Source: Lama glama
Taxonomy: Eukaryota
Length of the DNA stretch: 64,000 nucleotides
Direction of reading: 5' to 3'
Assembly: GCA_028534125.1 (NCBI GenBank)
Contig: CM052816.1
Coordinates: 7,008,001-7,072,000, forward strand
The position numbers and the translations under genes were made by a program. Position 1 is the stretch's first letter. The number at the start of each line of letters is the position of its first letter. Positions 28,320-43,467 of the stretch are shown in pieces. The notes under the pieces are model-generated. The model made no database searches. It was not told the DNA's origin and saw only the letters and a program-made list of their open reading frames with translations.

Positions 28320-28585
28320 GAAGCAGAATGCAATTGTCAAAATAATGTGAAGTTGGGAGCCAGACAGTCTTGGATTCATGTTCCTGCTCTGGCACCTACT
28401 AGCTGTGAGACTTCGGGCAAGACACTTCACCTCTGTTTAATCTCTCTGAATTTCAGTTTCCTCCTCTGTAAAATGAGTATGATAATATCCAGCGTGCTAG
28501 GTTGAAGAAAAGTTTAGAGAGACAATGCATTTAAAGCTCTGAGAAATGTTAGACACCCAATAAAAGTAGCTGCTATTAGCATTTT
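28320..28585 (+). mobile_element. MIR SINE
   Basis: tcagtttcctcctctgtaaaatgag core. Confidence 0.8.
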
Positions 28586-29064
28586 TATGTAATTATTAAA
28601 CTCACGCTGAGCTTTAGTGATCCCCTAAAGACAAACAAGGATGCTCAGCTCCACTGGCCCAAACCATCTACAGTTCTCTACAACAAATGTAGCCCTGATT
28701 GTGTGAGACCTCAGTGAGAATGCGCCACGCAGGATGGTGACTTAGGAGAGGTTGAAGGCACGGAGCAGGCTTCTGGAGCTAAGGAGGCAGGCAACGGTCA
28801 GGATGTGAGCAGACTGCCAGCCAGCACTGGGCTTGAGCATAGGGCAAACAATGGGTCAGCTCCAAGGGGCAAATCAGGAAGGAGGCAGGAGCTCTAGTGG
28901 GCTGCTGGACCCGGGGCAGAAGCTTTTTGTCCTTTGCCCTTTCCATACTTCCTGCTCACTGTGGGTGTCTACAAACCCACAGGTTCGTAAGAGCAGCCAG
29001 GGGCAGTATCCAAGGGCACTGAGGTGTCATGAAATTGTCGCTCAGTATAATTCTGGGAGATTCT

Positions 29065-29330
29065 GGGTAGTGTTGTCTAGTGGTTAAATGCTTGGGCTCT
29101 GGCATTGACATCATGAGTTCAAATCCTGGCTTTGCCACTTACTAGCTGTGTGATGTCAGGAAGAGGACTTTAACCTCTGTGTGCCTTGATTTACCCAACT
29201 GTCCTAGATGATACTAGAACCTACTTCACCAGATTATCGTGAGTATAAGGTAACACACACAATGCACTTGGCATCATTCCTTGCACTTGGTAACATCTCA
29301 GTCTACCAGCATCATTCGCATTGTGATTAT
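29065..29330 (+). mobile_element. MIR SINE
   Basis: gagttcaaatcctggctttgccacttactagctgtgtga. Confidence 0.8.
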
Positions 29331-30561
29331 CAGTTCCACGCCTGCCAATGACTAGTGGTGGGAGTGTGACCTTGTAGGGCTGTAGTTTCGACATCTATCC
29401 AACGGGGATAGGAATCCTCCCTTTCATGCCAGACTTCATAGAACAAAACTGATGCGAGGGTGCTTTGAAAAGTAAAAAGCATCTAATAAGTATGAGACAT
29501 TATTAATAGAAGAACAAATACAGTGTACTACTTAGAAGCGTAAGACTTTGGAGTCAGCCAGTCATGGATTCAAGCCTCACTCTGTCACTAACTTTAGACA
29601 AAGAATTAAGTATCCCCAGGCTTGCTTTATCCATACAATGGTGTCCCTGTGAGAATTTGGAGAGGGCGTTCATTAAAGCACTTAACACTGCACCTGGCAC
29701 TCAGTCAGGATTTAGGAAACTCTACATGTGTCAGTGAGCCGGGTCCACACTCTCGCAGGACTGCCAGGAGACCGGGGCTGACTCTTCCCACATATGGAGG
29801 TGGCATCTGTGACTTGGGTTCCACAGTGCTTCTCAGAGGTCTGGGAAAGTGCCTGAAAGGAAGCAGCAGCTCGTAAACCAAGCCTGGGCATCCTCCACTC
29901 TGAACTCCCCCTGGTCCCTGGCTCTCAGCAGACCAGTCTAGCTCTCAAGCATCTCAATCCCAAACCCTGTCAGAGCTGGGTCTACGTTAGAGTTTCCCCA
30001 AGGAGAGCAGAGCCTGCCTGCTGGCAGATTCACCTTGCTTCCCCTCCTCCTGCCTGCAAAGGTGTACATGTGGTTGGGAAAAGTAGTGCAATAGGGATCA
30101 GAATTTCTGTCTGCAAGTCCCACCACAGTCGATGAATTGCTGTGTGCCCCAGGAAGGGTCTCTTTCCCCCTCTGGGCCATGTGTAAAATGAAAGCATTGA
30201 GACAGACATCTACCTGTAATATTTGATGATGAAAATGATGAAAAGGAAGACGATGATGACAAAGAACAGATTCTCTTCTCTACCCCACTCTCCACTCCTA
30301 CTGTCTTAGTTTAGCTCCTCCTTGTCTTTTACTGAACTGTCACAACAGCCTAGAACAGGTCTCCCTGGTCTGTTTTCTCTCACTCCCAAAACTTCATGGT
30401 CATTCCTGCCAAACTGACCTTCCTAAAGTCAAACCGTGATATAGCTCCACTGTATGAGACCTCAGTGACGCCCAACTGGCTGCAGAGTAAGATCCAAACA
30501 CTTTGGTTTGGCAGTTAAGGATACCCACAGCCTCAATTCAATCCATCTCCAGCCTTACCAC

Positions 30562-30810
30562 AGTAGAGTGGTTGAGAGCATGTGCTTTAAATAATCAGCC
30601 AAATCAGATTCGAATTCCAACTCCCTTATTTACTGTGTGAATTTGGATTAATTACTTAACTTCCCTGAGCCTTTTTCATCTATAAAATTAGGGTGAAAAT
30701 ACCTATATCATAGGGTTGTTTTAAAAATAAAATGAGTAGAAGTGTGTGGCATGCTTAGCACAATACGTGGTACACAGTAGGTCCTCAATAAGGGGAACTA
30801 TTACTACATA
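30562..30810 (+). mobile_element. MIR SINE inside L2 remnants
   Basis: ttacttaacttccctgagcc...catctataaaat...gtacacagtaggtcctcaataa. Confidence 0.8.
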
Positions 30811-32310
30811 CGCAGCTTATGGTTGAGCTAAACTGAACTGTTGGAATGCTCTGCCTACACACTTTGCTTGTGTCATTCCTTCCACATCACACTCCTTTGA
30901 CTCCCCAGCTCCAAACATCCTAATCCTAAATACACAAAGCCTGCAGCCCTGGTCCTCATGTCCTGTCCTGCTCTGCACCGTTGCTCCTCATCTGTGTCCT
31001 TCCTCCTCACACCTCACTGGCCTCCTTTCCAGCTGAAAACAGATACTATTCATATCTCGGAAGTATACCGGATCCAGAGATGCTAACTTCAGGAGGATAG
31101 AACAAACTGATGCGGCCATTTCAAATGCCAGTCTCTCTCCAAAAGCATTTCCAAATTCACCCAACCTGGGTGGTCTTGATGTGGTCTTAATGACTTGACA
31201 GCAGTATCTAAGAGCAACTGGTTAGAACCTCTTACGACTCTTATCACTTTCAGTTTTGTGTGTTAGATTTGAGTCCATAGCTTGCCTTGCTTGCTTGATA
31301 CTTAGAGTTCTCCTCTCACTGCTCTCCTCTTGAGAGCAGAGTTGTTTGCAGAGTTGAATCAGGCTTCCCCTTTGAGAGCTGGAAGGCTGAGACTTAAGAA
31401 GGTACAAGAACCTGGCTCCCTGTCCTCCTCTTGGTGATGTCTCTTGGTTCTGGAGACAGTGGTCACACATCTTGCCCTCCACACCCTCTTCCCACCAACA
31501 CACACTGCAGGCTCTTAGCTCTTTCCTGTCTCACCACAATCCTGACTTGGGAGGAGTTTGCTGGGAGAGGTTAGAGTCTGAAATTAAACATAACGGAGGT
31601 GGGGTGTGGGGATGGCACACAGGAAGCCTTCAATAAACATTGAACGACAGAATGAACGAGTTAATGCTCTACCTTGGTCTTACAAGCATGGAAGCTGCCC
31701 AGTTTCCAGAAATCAGACCATCAGGGAATCTCAGAGGCAAGCCAGGAGAGTTGAGGCTAAAGTCTGTAGAGCCAGAGCTCTGGCAATCCCTCCCGCCTGG
31801 GACTTAGACGGGCCACCCTGGGGAGTCTGAGACCCGGAAATCAACTACCAGAAGTGGGACCTGAGGTTCTCAGGTGGAGAACTCAAATATTGCTCTTCTA
31901 GCCCCTGGACCTGAACACGGACCCCTAGCATGTTGAACACTGGCCAACGTGAGTGTAGGACTAAGCAATAAGGAAAACAGCATTTAGCTTTCAGCCTGTT
32001 ACACCAGTTGCATTGACCCCTTCCGAAGGCACTTCCCACTGCTGTTCACCAGCGAGGGTGGAGCAGATCAGCGGATCAATGCAGCAGCTTGTTTGGGTAG
32101 CGGCTGCTGAGGGGAGGAGCGGGGTCACTGGGAGAAGGAGTCCGGCTGTCTGCGGACACCAGATACAGTCTCCACATCTCTTACCCTCACTTCTCATAAG
32201 TCATTTCATAATGAGACCCTACAGTTTTTAATTTGTTTTTCTTCTTTTGGGTGATGTATATTTCTTTTCCTTTTTTTTTTTTCTTTTTTAACAATCAAAA
32301 TGCATCACTT

Positions 32311-32395
32311 ATTTTTTTTAAGAGGTACTGGGGATTGAACCCAGAACCTCAGACATGCTAAGCACGCACTCCGCCACTGAGCTATACTCTCCCCC
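32311..32395 (-). mobile_element. tRNA-Ala-derived SINE (Vic-1 type)
   Basis: gaggtactggggattgaacccag...cactgagctatactctccccc; TSD tgcatcactt (32301-32310) / tgcattactt (32396-32405). Confidence 0.9.
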
Positions 32396-32439
32396 TGCAT
32401 TACTTCTGTAGTAAGAAAAATAAAATATTTTTAAAATAT

Positions 32440-32930
32440 CACTAATAAAATGCAAACATCGTAATGTCCTCCCCTACTTAAAATTCTTTGAAGACTCCAC
32501 GTTACTGTCAGGATAAAGTCCACACTCCTCCGGACAGCTTGCGCGGTCCTGTGTGCTACCTCCACCTGCTCCCGTTACTCATTTACTTGCTACTCTTTCC
32601 AAAGTGCCACGCTCTTGCTTCCTCTCTAGGCCCTCACAGATGCAGTTCCAACTGCTCCAAATGCTTTTTCCTCTTTGGCTCAGCCATATTTGGTCTCACC
32701 TTAAATAGCATATCTTCCTGGAGCCTTCCCGGACCCCCACACCCAAGTCTAGATGGGAGACCCGACTTCTGTATCTCCCTAGCACTCTGTACTTAACCCC
32801 ATCACAGCTCTTATCTCAGTGTGGTGCACTGTCAGTGCTGTGACAGCTTAAATGTGTCTTTCTTGTCCTCAGAAGATGCTGCAGTGCCTAGAACAGTGCC
32901 TGGCACTTAGATGCTCCATTAAATGTTGCC
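32440..32930 (+). mobile_element. L2 LINE 3' region
   Basis: cagtgcctagaacagtgcctggcacttagatgctccattaaatgtt. Confidence 0.65.
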
Positions 32931-33867
32931 AGAAAAAAATAAAAGCTAAGAACCACTAGCTATTAGATTTGGAAGGGTTCTTAGAGACCATCTAGCCTAA
33001 CTTCTTTTACCAGTGGGACCTAGAGAAGCAAATCCAGGTTCTAATCCTAGGTCTTTTCTGAATTGCTATGTGACCTTAGAAAATGCCTTTCCTCTCTGAG
33101 TCTCAGTCTTTCCAGCTATCAAATGAGGAAAGCCTTCCCAACTCCAACTTTTTCTGGCCTCCTCCTCCTTCTCCCCCTGGATAGCGGGTAGCTCATGGGT
33201 GCACAGACTGGGTGGGCAGGTGGGATGCTGCAGGAGAAGTACAAGGTCAGTTTCATCCTCTCAAATGGTTGCCCATCAAGTGGAGGAGATAAGACACACA
33301 CGGTGAGCAAGTGCTCAATTAGATGTTTCTAGTGATGCCGTTCTGCTAGGAAATCCGAAGAGGAAGAGATCAGGGAAGCTGGGGGGCTATGAGGCTCCTG
33401 CAGAAGATAAGGCTTAGGCTGAGCGGGCAGTGAGGACGAGAGAAGCATCAGCAGCACAGAAGCGGCTGAACTTAGCCGCGGGACGTCATGAACGCGTTCT
33501 CACACCACAAGGCTGGGCTGATGTGGATTCAGATTCCAGCTCTGCCACTTTCTGGCTCTGGGCCTTGGATCAGTGTCTCAACCTTTTCAAACCTCAGTTT
33601 CCTTAATCTCACTGTGAGAATCTGAACGTCTAGCTTGCAGGGGTTTTGTGACAATTAAATGCATGTGACAGTATCTAGAACAGTGCCGGGTACCTAACAG
33701 GCCATTTGAAGAAATGCCACTTTCTTTTCTTCCTTCCAGCCACATAAACAGGCTTGACATGTCACTGGCAAGAACATCAAAAGTGCAGCTGAGGACTGGG
33801 GACTGAAGGCTTTTTCTGCCCAACTGTTCATAGTCTGTTTACTCTGACATGACTTGCCAGTGCTTCA

Positions 33868-33905
33868 TCTGTCTGTCTGTCTGTCTGTCTGTCTCTGTCT
33901 CTCTG

Positions 33906-33948
<43 letters not shown>
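33868..33948. repeat. Compound microsatellite (TCTG)n(TC)n(CA)n
   Basis: Directly visible. Confidence 0.95.
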
Positions 33949-35913
33949 TTTCACATAAAATCCAACGGCGAAAGAGAGGCTATTTCTGATCAGATGGGGC
34001 CAGACTGGGAGCTGTTCTTTACCATCAGCAGGAAAAACAAAGAATCAATACCCGGTCTGGTCTGAAGTTCTCCCTCCACCCAAGGACTTACAAGACATGA
34101 AATTATGAGACCAAATGTCATTTTCTATGGGGCTGGAGGGAGAAGCTTCAATTAAATTACGGAACAATCCTATAAAATACCTTGGAAAATTTTATGAAGC
34201 TATTGATATTTCTGCAGGCGAACAGCATGAGGCATGTGCCGTGGGAGAAACGGGCAGGGTGAGGGTGAAAGGGTGGGGAAGGGCTGTTTGTTTTAGCTCA
34301 TTCCTGCTGATGACAGATCCAGGGCGATTAGGATTTAGAAGTAGTACCCTGAAAGAAAATGTAGCATAATCTCATTTATCTTGCACCTTCAGAGAAAAAG
34401 CAGTAGCAGGTGCTTAGGAGTGGAGATCGTTCCCTGAAAGAGAACATTTAAAGTTGGACTTGAATTGACGTTATTAATCTTTCAGGGAACTAGAAACCCT
34501 TTTGGAAGCCAACAGAGAGAGCTATGTCCTTCTTCCTGGGAAAACACAGACAGACCTCAAATTCTACTTGCAGTAGAATATTTATGAGGCTCAAGTTTAC
34601 AATGCCTTTCTAACAGAATTAAAAACTTTTCTTAATGGAAAAATTTATTAACTTCATTACCCAGTTTCCTGCCATGGAGACCTACCCCTAGCATGGATTG
34701 CATCTCAGGTGTGAGTGGAAACTAAGTGGGCTCTTTAAGTTCCTCTAAGACCAGATGAACAGATCCTCAACTAGGAGGCAAGACGTCTGGGTTCCAAAAT
34801 CAGCTCTGCTCTGCCTTTTCAGAGACACTGGGCCAGTCTCAGTTCTCTCTGGATTTCTGTTTCCCCATCTGGGAAAATAAAAAGGTGATTGGAGGGCGGG
34901 GGGTAGTGTTGACCAGGACAGCAATTCCTAACCTATATTCTTTAAAAGAGGAGCACCAGGCACAAAACAAGAGTTCTATGGCCAAACTAAATCAAGGAAA
35001 CGTTGCATATTCTATTTGCCTCTTGGCGGTACATGCAACTTCTTAGAACATTAAAGGCTCTGAGAAGTCCTGCAACAAAGAAATCTGTTACAGTTGGCTG
35101 AACTGAACACTTCCCTGCTTTGGTTTGATCGTGGCTTGGTTTTCTGTGGAGTAACTACTCCGCAGCTCCGCAGGAGAGCATTCAACTTAGCGCTAGGGTT
35201 AGACCCCAGCAGACGTGACTCCACGGCATCTATTAATCGTCCCCAAACAAACAAATCGACGCAAGTTACAGAAGATTAAAGAAGGCTGGGGTTAAAACAT
35301 ACTGGTGTGAACCCTGGGGCCAGCAGAACACCTTCCATAAAGCCCTTCCACCCAACCTTCCTTTGCTGCCTGAGAATTAGGCAGAAGAGTCTGAATCCTC
35401 AGGTATCAAATTTTAGACTTTCCTTTTGTTCCTCCAATCTGTCTAGAACAGCGACTCAATCCTTATGGGCGTGAGAATTACTGCACTAATGAGGTCGATA
35501 ATAAAAGGGGAATTTCAGCTTTATCTGTAACGTATTATTTCTCTTACGTAATAAAAAGTGAAGCAAATGTGATAAAATGTGAAAGGGATGAAAACAGGTG
35601 TTTATTACATCAGTCTAAACTTCATTTTTCAAAAATCTTCCCCAAAAGAATAACAGTTAAATAATCTTGGTTCAAGGTTGAATATACTTACTAGGGCATT
35701 TTGAGGATTTTCAGGGATAACTCTAACTCCCTTGATTTTTGCTTGATGCACAGACTTTACGTCCCCCCCAACCCCGACATAAGATGCAATCACACTCTGA
35801 TGCCTTCTTCCAAAAGGGGCTTTGCAGGGCACTAACAGAAAGCACCTGGCCCCTCCAGGATGTGACATCCCAGGGCCTGCCTCTGAGTCCACCTCCTTGT
35901 CTCCTGGCTGTAG

Positions 35914-36210
<297 letters not shown>

Positions 36211-36964
36211 TAGCGGAGGGCCGACGAGAGGTAAACGGCCCTGGCAACCCAACACCTTGCAGAACAGGCAGAGCCAGCTCTGCTGCTTACACGACCAGGG
36301 GAACTCCTAGAAGCCAGTGGTTCATTTTAACCAGAGGGACAAGGAAGCACCATTTGCGGGGATGGGGTGAAAGTTAGGCCCCTCAAGCTTACCCAGCACT
36401 TCAATAAAACAAGATGGGGAAAGGAGTATTCAAAGACAATGCTCACCCCAGGAGAGTTCGATTACTTAAGGTGAATTTCAAGTTCAACAGAGCTGCTGTA
36501 CTGCTGTGTGCCTGGAGTTTACAAGACTGTATACACTTAAACATTTATTAAGACTTAAACCTTTTTTAAGAGGGTGGATCTCATGTCAAATGTTTTACCA
36601 TCATATTAAAAAAAAAAAGTAGCAGGAACAAAGGCACAAAGTCTGAAAAATCTCAGCAACTTCAACACAAATGGCGTAGTTTTGCCGGGTAGTCCGTTTG
36701 GCTCACAGGTATACGCCAGGGCTGCTCAAAACCTTCTATGAGCCTCTTCTATCCTCTACACCTCGCGTTGAGTCTAGGAAGCTGGGACCCCCTTCCCCAG
36801 TTGGGGAGGGTATCCTGCAGATATTGGTTAGGGGCAATTTTCAGAGTTTCCTGCCACACTCTCCTGCCCCTCCTTCTCCCAACCCCCACTTAATTCCCAA
36901 TCTCCTCTCCCAAGACATGGAGGGAAGGACCAATGTCTGTGTTATATTCTTACTATGCACCATT

Positions 36965-37170
36965 CACTGAGAATTTACCTACCAGGCTTGGGACTTTACA
37001 TGTGTTATTTCTAGTCCTCTTAACAACCTTATGAAGCAGGCTTTATTGTGCCCATTTTGCAGATTAGACAAGTGAGGATCTGAAAGTTTAAGTAATTTGC
37101 CGAAGTTCGCATGGCTACTTAGCAGCAGAGCCTAGATTCTAATCAGTTAGTGTGGATCTAATGCCTGCTC
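36965..37170 (-). mobile_element. MIR SINE
   Basis: cccattttgcagattagacaagtgagg...aagtaatttgccgaag. Confidence 0.7.
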
Positions 37171-38828
37171 AGAGCCTAGAAGAACAGTGCAGAGCACTCA
37201 ACAGGCATTCAAATGTTTGATAAATGAATGAGTATGTTTTCATTTCAAAGAGCTTAAAAGGGGGACTGGTCCTAAATGACTCCCTCTCCCCTTCTGGGTC
37301 CTCAGGGGAATAAATGTTTTTATTTCCTTTAAGAGGTGAGCTTTAAGTCTCCAGCCCCATAGGAGAGGATGCACAGATCCTAAACCCCGAAAGTGACTGG
37401 ACTCAGAGTCTCTCCTAAGAGCACGCTGGGTGGGAAAAGGGCCTTGGGGACCTCAGCAGGGGAAGGAGGGGCAGACTAGTTGGAATCAGAGGCCAACAGG
37501 GCCCTGCTCACCCATTGCCCACCCCACCCAGTGCACATCCAGACTGGAAGGGGGACAGGCTCAGAATGGCCACCAAGACCCTGGCTGGCTTGATTTTGCT
37601 GCAGCCAGGCTAGTTTCATATCCCCGGGAAGCTAAACCCCAGTGCAGCATGACAGAAGGACAAATCAGCAGAAAGTGATGTTCCAAGGTCATTCAACTTC
37701 AGGAAATTAACCCAGTGTGACAGCTGCCCCACTTTGGAGCTTTTATCTTCAGAAATTCAACTGCATTCACTTTCCCTTCACTTCCCCCTCCTCCTCCCAC
37801 TCCCTCTTTTCCCTCCTCTTCCCCTCCCACTCCCGTCCCTTTTCCTCCCTTGCTCCTATCTTGTGCTTAAAGGGCCCACATCCAGAGCTGTGGGTGAGAC
37901 CTAGAGGGGGAGGTCTGCACAGGGCTGTGTGTCTCACCATGTGCAGCCCAGATGCCAGCAGCTAAGAGTCACAAGACCACCAAATTAGGTGACTTCAAGT
38001 GTTAGGGTTGGCTTTTCAGGACAGCAGTGCTAGAAAACCTGCCTGCAAACCCATGAGCTAAAATCCAGAGGCCAGGAGACGTGGTCTGGGACACTGGCTG
38101 AGCCATCGGCTGGCCGTGTGACCTACCATGTGTCCCTGCCTAGCCTTCTCTGCACCCCAGTTTCCTCACCTGTTAAATAAGGGAGTTGATGACCTAAGTC
38201 TCTCTGGGCTCTGAGAGCCTTTCTTCTCCGTTCCCTGCAGCAGGTGCTCAGGTGTCAGCAAAGCCGCTCGAGCTGAAGCCTTGTCTCCCAGCCAAGCTGA
38301 AGACCTCACACTCTGTTAAGGGGACTGATTTCCTCTGGTTCTGAGGCTACAGCCTCTGCAGGGGTTGAACAAGCCAAAATAAACAGCTAGCCCAGAAGCC
38401 TGGGGCACCCAGCACTTCCCAAGTGACCCCAACAGGAGCCCACAGATGTGAGTCAGCTGTGTTTGGACACCCTGAAGCCTCGATATAGGAAGGGAGACAG
38501 CCAAGAACCACTTACAGCACCTGCGGCAGGTGTACCTGGAGATGCCTGCAGTCTGACAAGTTTGGAGATATAGGCTTTGCCCATACAAGAGTAGGGATAG
38601 GGGCAGCCCTTGGCCTCCAGGCCTTCAGGCAACTTGCTAAAGGCTAGAAGCCAGAGAGACACCAAGGAAAGTTCCACTGACTCTTTGTAACATTAGGCAA
38701 CCTGCTTTCCCTCTCTCAGCCTTCATTTCCATATCTGGAATGTGGAAATATACATCTGTGATTTCCATAACACTAGTTCCCTGATCTCTTCGGCCTCTCC
38801 TACATAACTAATTTCCAGTAATAACTAG

Positions 38829-38987
<159 letters not shown>

Positions 38988-39869
38988 TGAGGCCTCTGAA
39001 AGAACTAGATTCCCCTTTACCCGTGGGACCAGCAGAAATTCCTGCCCAGCTGCTCCTAACTGCTGGATCCCAGGAGATTACTGAAATAGCCCAAAATACC
39101 AGATGAGGGGCTTTGCTCTTAGACAATGCGTTAGAAATCTAACTTTCTTTATGTTGTTTGACTGAGGTCCAGCTTTGGAGCCAGCAGCACGCTCCAAAGA
39201 GGCACAGGTCCATGTCTCTTGTGAGCATGTGCTCCAGGAATGGAGGAGAAATAGCTTGAATAAGTCAGGGGGACGCTCACTCCAGCAGGGGAGAGAGGCG
39301 ACTGGCTACACAAATGACTCTAACAGGGCAGCAAGAGGAAAGTACAGAATGCTGTGGCCTCAAGGCAGAAAGAGCACTTCCTTCTGACTGGGAAGGAGAG
39401 AGAGTCTGGAGAAGGCTTTATGGACAAGATCACAGATGAACCAAGATTTTAACAAACGGGCTGGCTCAATTCTTTGATTGCAAACACAGAAACCAGTCTG
39501 ACCAATTTAAACACTGGATTAAGGTGAATGGCGTAGGGCTTCCTCATGGACTTGAAGGAGAAACTAAAGTGCAAGAACTAGGGCAGAGCATTTGGGCAGC
39601 AGGAACTAACAGACCATCCCTTTAGACAACCACCCCTGTGGGATCAGTACCAGCCAGCTTGGAACACTTGGTCATTTTACTCAAGAGTCAAACTCCCGGG
39701 CCAGAGGATCTGACTGGTGTGGCTGAGTCACCACGTCACAACTTAGCCCCCAACTAATAGCAACCCCCATGACAGAACACCACAGGAGTCATTCCCCAGA
39801 GGAAAATCTGCTGTGAGCACAGGAGGAGGCTTGCAAAGATGGTGTGCAGGCAAAAATAGCAGAGGTCAG

Positions 39870-40256
39870 GGTATATACAGGGAATGGAATATTACTCAGC
39901 CATAAAAAAGAATGAAATCATGCCATTTGCAACAACATAGATGGACCTAGAGATTATCATACTAAACGAATTAAGTCAGACAGAAAAAGACAAATATCAT
40001 ATATCACTTATATGTGGAATCTAAAAAATGATACAAGTGAACTTATTTATAAAACAGAAATAGACTCATAGACACAGAAAACAAACTTACGGTTACCGAA
40101 GGGGAAAGCGGGGAGGGATAAATTAGAGGTTTGGGATTAGCAAATACACACTACTATATATAAAATAGATAAACGAGAACCTGCTGTACAGCACAGGGAA
40201 CTATATTCAATATCTTGCCTATCTACCTATAATGGAAAGAATCTGAAAAAGAATAC

Positions 40257-40289
<33 letters not shown>

Positions 40290-40361
40290 TAACTGAGTCA
40301 CTTGGCTGTACACCTGAAACTAACACAACATCGTACATCAACTATACTTCAATTAAAAGAA
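39870..40361 (+). mobile_element. 5'-truncated L1 3' end, sense orientation, intron 5
   Basis: Perfect 18-bp TSD aaaaatagcagaggtcag at 39852-39869 and 40362-40379; atggaatattactcagccataaaaaagaatgaaat motif; internal (TA)n(CA)n; A tail. Confidence 0.96.
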
Positions 40362-40572
40362 AAAAATAGCAGAGGTCAGCTGAATTTGACCATGGGGTCA
40401 GGGATAGCATCCAAAGGACAAGCTAAGGTAGGACGCTGGGAGGGCTGAGAGAGGTAGAAAGGCTGACGGGTAGATGTAAATTCACCAGCTTTAACCTCCT
40501 TTGCGGGGGAAAAAAAAAGCAAGAGTTTCATGTGTCCCATCAAGTGCCTGATGCCTCTGTCTCTAACCCTAA

Positions 40573-40875
<303 letters not shown>

Positions 40876-41718
40876 TAGCCATGGTAGACAGAGCTTGGTA
40901 TTTATTATCCAGTGGTTAAGAGAATGTCCCCTGAAACCAAAAAGTGGCGTCCACGCTTTCCTCCCGTGAGTCCTGGGGCAAGTAACTTAAACTTGGGCCA
41001 CACCTCATTACAAGGGAGTCCTCGTTCCAGGTAGCAGTGTGCGCGACTCAGAATGGACCCCATTCCTAAGGCAGAGGATGAGCTGACCGTGGGGGGACCT
41101 CTAGCTGTCTCCGTCAGAGAGGGGCTGGCATTTGGCATTTCTGATAGGGAAAGAGCGCAGAGAATGCTCACACCAGACCTCAGCACAGGCTGAAAGGTGG
41201 CATGAGGATTAGTAAACAGCGAAGCTGGAAAGGGTCCCTTAGACTGAGAGCTACAAGGTGGGCAGGGAGGACCCCACTATTTAGCTCAGCTCCTCATCTC
41301 TCACTCCCAGCCCAGCCTTCGTTGGAAGATTAAACACAGGAATGAACCAGCGCCGGATCAAGACTGGCTTTGCCTTCCCTGACTCAGGCTGGGCGGGAGC
41401 TTGTGGAACAGTGTGACGAAAGGCAGTCACTCAGTACGCCGGCTGGAGGGCTGGGCAGCGGATTGCTGTCTGAACACAGCTGAGTGCACAGGAGGCGTAC
41501 AGAGGGCTAGTGACAGGGCCGAGGAGAGGAGCAGGTGCAGGAGAGGGGCTGAGAAACCACTGTGGGTCCTGATGCTAGTAGATAGCCCAGAAAAAGGGCA
41601 GGCAGCCTGGAAACCAGTCTGTTTAGGACACCTGTTCCTTTCTGGTGACCTCAGAGACACCTCAGAACCTCTAAAAGTACTCTCTTCATCCCTGGACAAG
41701 CTGAGACTCAGAACAGTC

Positions 41719-41792
41719 CAGTCGTCTCTCAGTATCTGAGGGGAACTGGTTCCAAAACCCACCGCGGATACCAAAACCCGCAAATGCTCAAG
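41719..41792 (+). mobile_element. MER2 (Tigger family) terminal fragment
   Basis: cagtcgtctctcagtatc...ggttcc...ccgcggataccaaaa...tgctcaag resembles the MER2 end as recalled. Confidence 0.7.
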
Positions 41793-42689
41793 GCCAGAGT
41801 GGGCTCTCCTCATCGGGGGATGCTGGGCTCACGGGAGTGGACGGCCAACTGTACTCTCACTAACAGTGAGTCCCCTTGGCCCAAACAGTCACACCTGACT
41901 GACTCTCACACACCCCAGCCCTGTCCTGTTTACACAGCGCTTTCTCGGCTCATTTGCTCCTCACTAGTCACATTTAAGTGGGAGCTGAGTTCTGTGCTGC
42001 CCCGTGGATACAAGGAGAAAAGGCCCACGTGGAAGGTGCCGTTCAGGGGGCTGTAGGAAACCCCGTGGTAACTGTGCGTCAGGGGACTGGCCCTGAGACC
42101 CCATCGTGGGATGGCCGGCTCAGTTCCAGGAATACACGGATGGGAGGAGACCAGCTGCTGGGAGTCTGGTGCAGAGGATGGAGAGAGAGAGAGCGACTTG
42201 CCTACTCAGCGTGCTGTGCCTTAAAGGGACAGAGCTGGAGGGAAACAAGAGAAAAAGAGGCATTCTGCCCGGGGGAGACTTCACATTTCAACTGCCCTGG
42301 AGGACAGGGAGGATTTCTGGGGCTGGTTTCGGGGAGGAAGAAGGGCATTCCAGGCAGAGACGCTGGCAGGTTCAAAAGCTCAGAAGTGTGAAAGTGCAGA
42401 GAATGCTCCAGACAAGGAAGGGAGTGTAGGGGGTTCTGAGTCGGGTGAAGAAAGAAGGGAAATGGGATGGAAAAAGGTGAGAGTTCAAGTGTGAAGGGCA
42501 GACCAAAGACTTGGAACTTTTCCCTGTAGGAAATGGGGACCTTCTTGAGTGGGGAGAGATGGAAGGAAAGAAAGGTTTTACAAGAGGAAGGAACAGGAAC
42601 AAGTTACATTTTGGGAAGATAACTGGCAGGATAGGGAATGATTCACTCATCCCCACTCTAAGCGAGAAAACAGTGATGATGAGGATGAT

Positions 42690-43306
<617 letters not shown>

Positions 43307-43467
43307 TAGTAACTGTTCCTAGATCTACTACACTTTGCAGGATCCAGCACTCTGATCCATCAAAACTCTCCTCCAGGCTTAAAATTATGCTCCATACAGT
43401 TGCTAGGCACTACATTTCGCTCCATTCTCTCTCAATATCAGACACACATTCTGTTTCATCTACTATT

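Noticed and set aside
29438..31113. Near-identical 18-19-mer atagaacaaa(a)ctgatgcg at ~29438 and ~31097
   Set aside because: A single short match with an indel and no flanking similarity; plausible by chance in 64 kb.
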